From Convolutriloba macropyga (Eukaryota): 64,000 bases of DNA. Shown one piece after another: positions 51,433-60,460 of the stretch (positions are counted from its first letter, which is position 1; each line of letters opens with the position of its first letter). The stretch is taken from the NCBI RefSeq assembly GCF_964194025.1, contig NC_134480.1, positions 4,898,001 to 4,962,000 on the forward strand, written 5' to 3'. The translations under genes were made by a program, and so were the position numbers. The notes under the pieces are model-generated. The model did not search any database and was not told the origin of the DNA. It saw nothing but the letters and a program-made list of their open reading frames with translations.

Positions 51433-54400
51433 TATCATATGTATCACAAACTCTCACAAGAAGCAATTTTCCTCAAGAAGAGTTGAATGTGGAAAATTGA
51501 TATTGTGGCCATATAAAGTAAGAATACTTGTCTTTAAGGATAGTTTCTGACAATTGGATGATACAAGCAGACAATTGTTTTTCTCATAAAACTGAAAAAC
51601 TAAACTGTGCAGACGCATCAGGTTTACCCTAATGTAGAACAAAAAATTGACTTTTTCATAATTTATTCTGGATCAAAAAATTTTCCAACATTTCTTATCT
51701 ACCCGTGTAAATTTTTCGTTTTTCTTTAATAATGGCCGAAGAGGATGACATATTTTTGCAAGATTAGGAATAAACTTACTTAGGTGATGGACACTACCCA
51801 AAAATGATCGTAATTGTTTCAGTGTTTTTGGAGCTTTGTTTTCCGCAATTGCTGCTGTTTTAGATTCTATAGGTTTGACACCGCTTTGTGAAAATGTGAA
51901 ACCAAGCCAATTTATCTGATGTTTAGCAAAGTGACATTTGCTTAAGTTAATTCGGAGATTATCAGCCTCAAGTTTTCTCAAACAATCGTAAATGTAATTG
52001 AGGTGCGATTCCTTACTACCTTTGCTAATTACAATTATGTCTTCAAGAAAGCAATATGTGTTAGACAAACCAACTAATCTGTAATCCACCGCCTTTTGAA
52101 ACTCGGCTGGCATATCTGTAAGGCCATAAAATCCTGTTTTGAAACGATACGTACCTGTTGCGTCACCACAAATGATATTGAAATTGCAATGACGTGCGGT
52201 ATCTGGATGCAAGTTTAGTTGACTATATGCGTACTTTAAGTCGATTGTTGAAAAATATACGTTTTCGCCCTGATTAGAATCGTTAATGTGCTGTGAAATT
52301 GAATCGATAAGACTGTCTATGTTTGGCATTTGGTATTTATTTTTATGTATTGATTTGTTTAAGATTTTTGAATCGAGAGCTAACTTTACAGATTTGTCCT
52401 TGTGGACTGTAATTACGATAGGGGAAATAAAATTTTTATCAGAACATTCTTGTAACTTTTCAATATGTCCTCGTTGAGAGAGTTTTTCAATTCGTTTGAT
52501 ACTTTGTCCAACAGATTTATAGGAACGCGACGGCCTTTTTGGTGCAATGGAGTGTAATTTTTATGGAATTTTGAACGAACAATATGTATTTTGGACTTAC
52601 CGATTCTGGAGATTAAATCAGGAAAATCAGTTGCAATTTGTGTCTTGATTGGACAGTATTCTTGTTCTACCTGATTGATTGTCGTTTGATTATCTGACTG
52701 TTGAATTGAGAGTCCAAGTACAGAAAACAAATCTCTACCTAACAGTGGGCGGTGGCCATCCGTCACGACTTGAATTTCTATTGGATTCGCGTACCAATTG
52801 TTACTTTGAATTGAAGTTTGAAGAGTGCCTAGCGTATGAATAGGTTCGTTGGAGAAAGTTTTCAATTGTTTAGGATTTGCCTAGCGTATCCACTTTGAAT
52901 TTGGATCTTGGGAAACAATTGAAGTTGCCAATGATTCATTTAATATTGTGCACACGCTGCCCGAATCCACCAAAACATTTGTTGCTGTATTTCCGATCGT
53001 TACGGGGTGATTGAGTGCCTCCATTGAAGTTGTGAATTCCGTCGAAGATACTGTAGCCACGCAATTATCTTCATCCGATGAATAATTCGATTCCAAATCA
53101 GGATCAAAATCAATCAAAATTTGTTTAACGTCTTCAGCTTGGTCGTCTTTTTCGATATCATTAACTCGTGGCCTGGGTTTTGGGTACGAAGTAGGGTTTT
53201 TTGGTTTCCGACAGACTTTTGCGAAATGATTATCAATACCGCAATTATTGCATTTCTTTCCTCTAGCAGGACATCTATTGCGGTGCTCAGGAGTCCAGTT
53301 CATTCCACAGAAATGACAAATTGTGGGCTTTTTCCGTGCCGTAGTGTTCATGGTAGAAAAGGGAGTAGCATTTGCAATGCGCATCCGCTGCACTTGATTG
53401 ACGGTTGAATTGAGTTCATTTTTCTTTGCATTCATTTTGAGCTGGTTGAGAGTACCCATTTCGATATTAATAGNNNNNNNNNNNNNNNNNNNNNNNNNNN
53501 NNNNNNNNNNNNNNNNNNNNNNNNNNNNNNNNNNNNNNNNNNNNNNNNNNNNNNNNNNNNNNNNNNNNNNNNNNNNNNNNNNNNNNNNNNNNNNNNNNNN
53601 NNNNNNNNNNNNNNNNNNNNNNNNNNNNNNNNNNNNNNNNNNNNNNNNNNNNNNNNNNNNNNNNNNNNNNNNNATATGAGGTTAATTATCAATGTTTAAG
53701 TCGCTCCAGGGTAAAAGATATGGTTCCAAACTAACCTTGTATCTCAGCACTTTCGTTCACAATTGGCACCTTGACCACAAGTGGTATTTCCTCCAGAATG
53801 TTGGATATGTAGGCCAGGGCCTTCCCAATCTGGTGGAACCAGGGTGCTCTCCCGTAGAAGGGGTCTTTCCTTGGGCTGTTCTGACAAGTGGGCGAATCGG
53901 TAGAGTTAGAGACACATTCTCCGTTGGGTATTTTATCCAGAGTTGGGTTATCGTCAATGGCGTTGTCGGAACCCGGAGATTCAACCTTAAAAACATTAAA
54001 ATCGTTAAAAACCCAACTGTCATTAACAGATTTTTAGATTCAAATGATAAAGAACCTCGTCCGCTTTTGCGTCATCGTCTTGTTTGAGTTTCTTTGGCGA
54101 ATGTTGACTCTTCTTTTTCATCAATTCCAGTTTAGTCTTGAAGTTATCAAGGGTCCAGTAGTAGAACAGACCATTCTGCTTGTCTGTCACTTTGATCAGA
54201 GGACACTTCTGGCCGTAGATGGAACATTCTAGAACAGACATATTGAAGAACATTCTACAATACATGTATTGTAGAACATTCTAGAACAGATGTATTATGG
54301 AACATTCTAGAACACATGTATTGTAGAATATTCTAGAACACATGTATTGTAGAACATTCTAGAACAAATGTATTGTAGAACATTCTAGAACATACGTATT

Positions 54401-57400
54401 GTAGAACATTCTAGATCGGGTGGGGTGGTAAGACCCTAAGTTGGTATCAAGTTTTAATCGAAAGACCCATACGGTCAAAGAGGGTTAATAATAACCAAAA
54501 GTGTACGATAGAGTCGAGACTAACTTCAAGCCTTTTTTCAAAGGTTTTCAAACATACATTTTTAAAATCAAATTATGGTCTCCACAAAAAAAGTTTTTCA
54601 GCTCCGATTTTTTGAACTTTGCCAGAAATATTTATATACATGCTAGATTGAATGTATATTCACCCAAATGGATCTAAGAGAACGGGCGGGCTGGGAGGGG
54701 GGGGGGGGCAATAATAAAAATGAGAGGGGAGGGTGCAACAAGAATTTCCAGAAACTTTCCTAAAAGGTTTTCTATTGCAGCTCCACTCTTATATTTTTGT
54801 ACCCCCTCACTGGCCCAAAATAAGGCTTAAATTTGGGCTGCAATGAAAGGAATTTTGAGAGAATCCTCTAATTAAAGCCTACGTTTTGCATCTTTCATAT
54901 TCCAATATCAAAAAAACTGCTTTTTAGCATTCTGGTTTAATGTCATTATGTCTTTCGGAATTCGACTGACTGAGTAACAATCTAGGCAACAATGGAAATT
55001 GATAATTTATTTGGCAAGCTTATATGGTCGTTAGTTCAAAAACGGGAAAAACGGGATTTTAAATTTTTTTTAAATGTGAAATATTTATTGAAAAAAAACT
55101 CGGATAAAGTTTCATTCTTGAAATTGATGAATCATAATTGTTTTCTTGTTCTCGAACAACCCAAGTGTCCATTTTCTTTAAATAATCTAATAAGAAAACG
55201 TTTGCAAACATTTTTGTAAATAATAAACAATAAACGAATTTACCCGACTGTGCCTCACTGGGCACTGAAGTGTAGAGCGACTCTGAAGCGACTCTGAGTT
55301 TGAACTCCATCTGTTTATCACATTCTCTGCTCAGCTGATTAGCTTCTGTAACTAGAGGGTCAAACTCCGCCAGAGTGTCCCGAAGCTTTCTCACTTTGTA
55401 CTCTCGCCAAAACTGGATTTTTTGGAACCGTTTTTGTTAGCAATCATTAACTTTCATTTTAAATTTTTCTTCGGGAAAAAAATCGCCAATATTGCCCCTC
55501 AAATTTCAAGATTTGATGTTATTTATCAGATGTGTAATCATAATCTGGTTTATAGTCACGAACGTGTTGAAAGTTTTTAACTTTTGCCAGTAATTCGAGC
55601 CTCCAGCTGTATAATATGTTTTGTAAGATATGAGCATAATTGGGACCGAAACGTTATGGTCAAAAAGGGGGAAGGGGGGGGGGGGCAAAACTAAACAACA
55701 AGGTTTCAAACTTTCAAACAAGGCTACGAAGTGATATTTTTCGTTGTTAATAATTCTGTTTTAGATTTCTAAATTTAGAAAGGAAATTGAGAAACATTTC
55801 AAAGCGCAGATCTAGAGCTAGCTTTCTTGAATTTATTATTGCAAAAAATGGCTGTAATAAGTTTAAATCAAGCCCTCAAAATTATAGCGTTCATGCCACC
55901 CCCACCCCCCCCCCCCACCCCCAGCCCAAAAAAAGCGTTTATGCTCCTCCCCTCTCCTGACAAAGCAGTAATTGTTAACAAAAACCGTTCCTTAAACGCA
56001 TCCGTCATCAATTGCAAATTCTCTTCTGTAAGTCGAGGCGAGTCGACGTCTTGATTCGACAGACTGATCGACAAACTAGACCTCGATTCTTCCTCAATTT
56101 CGTTAAGTTGAGTTTGAAGTTCAATTAATGCGTCTTCATATTGCTTTATCTCCTCCTTATATCTTTCCTCTTTCGAGTCAATTTCTTTTTTGTACATATT
56201 TTCCATAGTTTTTTGATAATTATTCAAAGATTCGTACTTTTTCATAAGTTCTTCTTTCTCGGTTTTCAGCAAATTTCTTTCGTTTTCAAGATCGCTAATT
56301 TTGTCTTTATATTTCACCAAAAGGTTTTTAACTTCTTCTCGATCGGTACTTTGAGCGCGTTCAAAAATTCGTTTCAAGTTTATCCCGCTCACATTTTTTA
56401 ACTCCTCTTTCACGCTCTGCCATGTTATGCGGGTTTGAACAACTTTCGCGCCCTCTTTCGGAATATTGTTGCATTTTAGATTGGGAAATTGGAACTTGAA
56501 CACGTATTTTAGCCCAATTATAAGGCGGTCTTCGTGTTTTATTTCTAATTCAGAGCCGACTCGTGATCCGTTAACGAAGCAATTTGCGCCCAGGGGGTTG
56601 AAAATTACGATAGCTTTTTCGAACATGAATTTACAATGCTGATTTTCGAGTCCTGAAATAAAAATAGCTTGACATAATTCTTACTGAATGGTTTTTAGTG
56701 ATATTAAAGAGAAAAAATGCTGCTTGAGAAAATTCTTAATCATTTTTATGAATTTTTATATCTACTTTGCGAAATAACCACACTGGCGATGTTTTAATCA
56801 TCTTGTGAAAAAAATTTCGCGGTTTTATCACGCCCATCGAATGAACAATTTATATTTTGGTTATTCTTTCAACCTCTAGAAAAAAATTTAAAAAATTTGG
56901 TTCTCACTATCAGGTGTTCAGAACACCAAACGTTCTTAAGCTGGCAAAATTGAAATCCTATAAAAAAGTTTTCTCGGGTGTTCTTGTTTGTCAAAGTTTC
57001 TACTCTTTATTGGGACCCACAACTGCCCTATAAAAATGCTAACTTTGGCACCAGTTGCGTCAAAGTCATCCCGGGTTGTCCTTTCTTGGCAGCCATATCC
57101 AAGAACCATATATGGTTCAATAGAGTTCCTGCAAAAAAATTTCCTGCATGTTCTTGCTATGTTTGCCAAGAAAATTATGTATCGTGTTTCAATGGATGCC
57201 AAAAAATCCACGATGGGTTTTTATGGTTGCCAAGAACGCGATGAACAAAACTCGTTTTTTACCTCAACTGGTAAAAAAAAAGTTGAAAACGTATCTATTG
57301 ACATTTCAGGAGTTAATACATATTAATTGCAGGAAGATTAAAATTTCACTCTAATGGCACTTCACAAATTTTTGATCCAGAAGAGAGGCTAAAAATTTCT

Positions 57401-60400
57401 GAGTTTGCCATATTCGATTAGTATGTACAAAAACAAAATCTAGTTTTTGGATGACAAAATTTCACAATAGTCAATAAGAAAAACCGGTGTTGACATAAAA
57501 ACCCGGGAATAATTAAAAAACTTGCTGTTTAATCTGCAATCTGGAGATTAAATTAAATTTGAGTTCGGAAATTGGATTTAGTTTTTTGTTTTATAAAAGA
57601 TTTTTGATTCATATTTTTTATCAGAAAAATTGAGATCTATTTTTGCTTAAATGGTACGTAACCATGAAAGGACGAGAAGTCAATCAAGCCATAATTTTAA
57701 TGTAAATTTTTAACGTAAAAGGCTTGAATTGAAGTTGAAGATGATAGTTCAACGTGATTATTTTAAAAAGTTCAACAAAAAAATCTAATATATTCAAATT
57801 TTCATGAAAAATTTCTAATGTTAAATTGAAAACAAAAAATCGATGGTTTAACATATGCAACATTCTAGTCACATGATTGAACAAGCAGTTCTGAAGAACA
57901 TTAGTCGAGTTTTTGACAAAAATCAATTACACGGTTTCCGACTTTCTTATTATACACTCTATACTCAAATTAATGTTTGCAAAATTCCTTCCGCCAAATA
58001 TTTTTTTTTGTTTTCGAACCATAGGTTTCAAAAAAACCTCCTCTCTCTCTCTCTATGTATGAAATATGCAACTCGCAATCAACTGAAGTTGAACTCAATA
58101 AATACTTTAACCGTTAATGTAGATTAAAAATTCAGGAGGGGCACAATTATTGATAAAAAACAGTATTTAAAACCACTGTTTGAAATTGAATTTTACTACA
58201 TATTCGCTGTTGATTAGCATTGCGAGTTCATGAAAAACAAGAATAGGGAATATATTGAAATCGATTTCCGCTCTTTCACTCCGTGAAGTCAATATTAAAA
58301 AAAATTATTCTGCATAAATGGTTCAACTTTCCAGTTTTTGGAGCCTCATAATATTTATTGGCAAACCTTGTTATTTGATGCAAGATCTTGATAACTCTTG
58401 TAAAATTTGATACAACTTGCCAAGATCTTTTTAGGGAAAGCTTTCTTGGATCATCTTGGTAAGATATTGACAAGATCTTATCACAAGTCAAGTATAATTT
58501 TTGGCTTCAGTTTGTTAATATCTTGATAAATATTTGAGCATGATAAAAAAAACTTTTGAAGCCAGTAGGATAGAACAAAAAACGTTTATTTTTCAAATCA
58601 AATTTTTAAGTTCAAAAATAGTGCCAAGTGAGAAAACTTCTGGAAAATTTTCTGGCAAAAAACAAATCTGGCTTTACCCCCAATTCGTGCTATACCTTGT
58701 TTAAAGGCTTTTTAAAAACTTTTACACCTTTATACAACCTGGAGTGTCATGGTTATTTTTTTCTTGATTATCTGACCAAGATCATTTTTTTGATAGCCAT
58801 GCAAAGATCTTGCAAGTTTGTAGATATTTAGATAGTTTGATCTTTTTCATAGATCTCGGCCATATTAACCATGATTTAGTAAATTTTTTATCGAGGCTAT
58901 CAAATTTCATTTCACTGGACAAAGTAATTCCTGATTCTATCGTTGTTTTCGGAATAAATCAAATATGACATGGTATGACTGCTAACAATCATGCATCGGC
59001 TTGTTTGATAACTAGGAATCATCTATGACTTGACATAATTTCTAAGAACTTTGAGTCAGCGACCCGGGTTGAAGACCCTAATATCGATATTATTTAACTA
59101 ATAATTGAAAAATGACAGCTGAGAACAGGCTACTGTTAATACACTGCAGACTGAAAGCCTAATGCTGCTCCGCTGCGAATTCGCAGAAACACATTTATTT
59201 ACTTATTTATAATAATAATTAATAATTGTGGTTCCTGCGTAATCGCAGCGGAACAGCATTAGGCCACAGCGGCCTGTTCTCAGCTGTCCTTTTTCTTATT
59301 ATTCCGCACATTTCAGACTAACCTTGCAGCATAATATTCGTATTCTGTGAACTTCCGACAATAGTACACCCTGGTTGTATACAATAAACCAATCGCTCGC
59401 TCATTTGCTCATCTTCGTGTAGGTTAACTATGATTGGCTGGCAGTTATTATTGGTCGGTTGATTGGCCAATCCGATTTGAGCTAGGAACAAAGACCGGCT
59501 CTGTTCGATTTCAGCTGTTCGTTTGATTTTGTCTTCGTAGCTGAGGTCAACTTCTTTAAGGAGTTTTTCAGAGCACGAGAGTTTTTCAAGGACTGAAGGG
59601 TCGCTTCTGGCTGTTCCTGAAACGATGGCGAGAAATTTTACCCAATGATAATTTGATATAAAAATAATGTGATGTACTGCTGTTTTTTTTTGTGAAACAA
59701 GTATTCTTCATACTTTCAAATTTTGTAATTTTTTTGTTTACAAATTTTGTATCTGGATGTTCAGTTTAACAATGGTTTGGGTAAGAATTTATGTGGTAAA
59801 TAAAATAAATAAAAAAACATTGAACAGTGGATCAAAATATGGTACGTGGGGGGGGCGGGGGGGGGGGGGTCCACGTTAGCTCAAACAAGGATTTGCTGGG
59901 TTTCTGGCGTCTACCCACTTTTATAATGTATTAAGATTCAAAGTGTAAACCAGTTATAAAAGAGAGTGATTATACAAAAAGAAATTCGGTATAGAAGCTG
60001 GAAGTAATCAGCGTAAACGATTTAATTCTTTAAGTTTTGATAAAAATTCCTGAAAATTTGGAAATAGACTTCGGGCGAAGTTTATGTGCACCTCCCTCCT
60101 CCCTCCCCCCCCCCCCCCCCACGTGCGTTTTTAATTGTCTGATCATTAACGCACATCCCGACCGGGAAACCGAAAATTACCCGGAATCCAAACTAACCAT
60201 GTCTTGGAGATGAGAAGGAACTTTGAGACGCAATAACAGATTGCAACCTGTGAATTTCTTCTTTCAACTCCCGAATCAATTTCTTATTCGGATCCTCGTT
60301 TATCCTCGCCTCGCAAACGATAGATTTAGCCCGTTCTGCATACCTCAAAGTAGACAGGGTTTCTTCGAAGTTGGCACTGGCCGGGCTAACAGCTGCCACC

Positions 60401-60460
60401 ATCGTAGTTCGGGAATTTCCTCCGAGGTTCTCTTTCAAAAGCCAAGTCAGAACCGATTCT
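39513..60460 (-). CDS. unc-104: Kinesin-3 motor protein, KIF1A/KIF1B/unc-104-like (5'-partial; 10 exons, 4162 nt)
   Basis: Motor end [37 protein letters not shown], neck [18 protein letters not shown] region, [48 protein letters not shown] and a C-terminal PH-like domain. All exon phases are consistent. Confidence 0.92.
40626..40760. mobile_element. Small fold-back element (MITE-like) in the last intron
   Basis: AAATTTG(T)GGGTCTTTCCCATTATAGCCC ... GGGCTATAATGGCAAAGACCCAAATTT form ~28-bp inverted arms around a G-run. Confidence 0.7.
40788..41140 (-). CDS. Kinesin-3 exon
   Basis: tttcag|GAT ... AG|gtttgt; [21 protein letters not shown]. Confidence 0.88.
41595..42100 (-). CDS. Kinesin-3 exon with polyQ/polyG low-complexity insert
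   Basis: ttttag|GT ATG ... CAG|gtaatt; [12 protein letters not shown]. Confidence 0.85.
42158..42895. mobile_element. Non-autonomous TIR DNA transposon (EnSpm/CMC-like)
   Basis: ~36-bp TIRs CCCAGGTTGAGGT.CCA.ACGGAAGTGACCTCTGAT with two mismatches. Many internal CTGATCAGAC and TGCGCTC repeats. Flanks are TA and CA. Confidence 0.8.
43006..43087. repeat. (TA)n microsatellite
   Basis: Direct reading. Confidence 0.97.
43451..43537. repeat. Minisatellite, 5 x ~18 bp (AATTAACGGAATT core) next to a splice donor
   Basis: TAACGGA(A)TT occurs five times and ends 3 nt from the donor at 43540. Confidence 0.9.
43541..44170 (-). CDS. Kinesin-3 exon
   Basis: ttttag|GT TAT ... CAA G|gtcaga; [32 protein letters not shown]. 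Confidence 0.9.
44536..44955 (-). repeat. 3' LTR (420 bp)
   Basis: TGTTATACG...GTATCACA; preceded on - by the purine tract GGGGGAAA. Confidence 0.95.
44956..44963 (-). other. Polypurine tract
   Basis: + TTTCCCCC reads GGGGGAAA on -, immediately 5' of the 3' LTR. Confidence 0.8.
45443..51009 (-). pseudogene. Single gag-pol polyprotein disrupted by three frameshifts and one stop
   Basis: Gag with two Cys knuckles ([20 protein letters not shown]), PR VDSG, RT FLDD, RNase H CDAS/ELELL/TDH, IN HPG..C..C, IDF, RLDQ, GLVER. Breaks at ~50595, ~47200, ~46512 and a stop at 46004. Confidence 0.93.
50997..51008 (-). other. Primer-binding site, tRNA-Ser-like
   Basis: TGGCGCAGTCAG lies directly after the 5' LTR and resembles the TGGCGCAGTCGG Ser-type PBS as I recall it. 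Confidence 0.7.
51009..51448 (-). repeat. 5' LTR (440 bp) with a long internal (TA)n
   Basis: Matches 44536-44955 with several substitutions and indels. Confidence 0.95.
51708..53473 (-). mobile_element. Truncated second copy of the same LTR element (gag knuckle-PR-RT)
   Basis: Nearly identical to ~48523-50289, with private lesions (stop at 52881, frameshift at ~52485, FLED instead of FLDD). Runs into the assembly gap. Confidence 0.92.
53474..53673. other. Assembly gap (200 N)
   Basis: Run of N. Confidence 1.
53736..53985 (-). CDS. Kinesin-3 exon (true frame is not in the ORF track)
   Basis: tttaag|GTT ... CAA G|gttagt; [44 protein letters not shown]. Confidence 0.88.
54056..54228 (-). CDS. 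Kinesin-3 exon
   Basis: ttctag|AA TGT ... GAG|gttctt; [24 protein letters not shown]. Confidence 0.8.
54222..54414. repeat. 26-bp minisatellite (~7.5 copies) overlapping a splice acceptor
   Basis: GAACATTCTAGAACACATGTATTGTA at 54222, 54248, 54274, 54300, 54326, 54352, 54378 and 54404. Confidence 0.93.
55244..55412 (-). CDS. Kinesin-3 exon
   Basis: atccag|TTT TGG ... TCG G|gtaaat; [22 protein letters not shown]. Confidence 0.85.
55413..55990 (-). other. Putative non-canonical GA-AG intron (578 nt) with complementary ends
   Basis: AAG|gaacggtttttgttaacaat ... attgctaacaaaaacggttccaaaaaatccag|TTT. This is the only junction I found that keeps the frame and an ungapped KIF1A-type alignment. Confidence 0.7.
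55991..56652 (-). CDS. Kinesin-3 exon (FHA and coiled coil); 3' boundary assumes a GA donor
   Basis: tttcag|GA CTC; [16 protein letters not shown]-like FHA motifs; ends LMTDAFK. Confidence 0.85.
58370..58870. repeat. Cluster of CAAGATCTT-type motifs, probable decayed non-autonomous DNA transposon interior
   Basis: CAAGATCTT at ~58381, 58421 and 58471; AAGATC variants at ~58778 and 58804. Confidence 0.45.
59100..59303. mobile_element. ~200-bp fold-back (hairpin) element, MITE-like
   Basis: GACAGCTGAGAACAGGC (59114-59130) pairs with 59272-59288. 59157-59193 pairs with 59227-59264. The loop is AT-only. Confidence 0.85.
59323..59616 (-). CDS. Kinesin-3 exon (CC1 and FHA start); absent from the ORF track
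   Basis: tttcag|GA ... CAA G|gttagt; translates [24 protein letters not shown]...[28 protein letters not shown]. Confidence 0.92.
60198..60460 (-). CDS. Kinesin-3 exon (motor C-terminus and neck)
   Basis: ttttag|A GAA TCG ... CAT G|gttagt; 263 nt, phase 2 to phase 1. Confidence 0.92.

Larger units (their letters stand above)
44536..51448 (-). mobile_element. Full-length Ty3/gypsy LTR retrotransposon (Mag-like), inactivated, intronic, same sense as the host gene
   Basis: TG..CA LTRs at both ends; 5-bp TSD AACTC at 44531-44535 and 51449-51453; PBS, PPT and gag-PR-RT-RH-IN order. Confidence 0.96.

Noticed and set aside
51311-51550. IYIYIY ORF
   Set aside because: It is the translation of the LTR (TA)n microsatellite.
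53757-54023. ORF-track protein MTVGFLT... and the + strand ORF 53692-54087
   Set aside because: Wrong frame or strand; the kinesin-homologous frame is a different one.
54222-54414. CRISPR-like array (also considered for 38830-38945 and 43451-43537)
   Set aside because: The units are contiguous with no unique spacers, there are no cas genes, and the context is eukaryotic introns or intergenic DNA.
55868-55990. ORF tail ERFLLT...GGGGGG as kinesin coding sequence or a true C-terminus
   Set aside because: Homology stops at AFK and resumes in the next exon. The tail reads through an intronic G-run.
55413-55990. U12-type intron explanation for the odd donor
   Set aside because: No RTATCCTT donor and no TCCTTAAC branch consensus.
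57068-59070. A single CCCGGG-terminated transposon spanning this interval
   Set aside because: The inverted match is only ~8 bp and no TSD is visible, which is insufficient.
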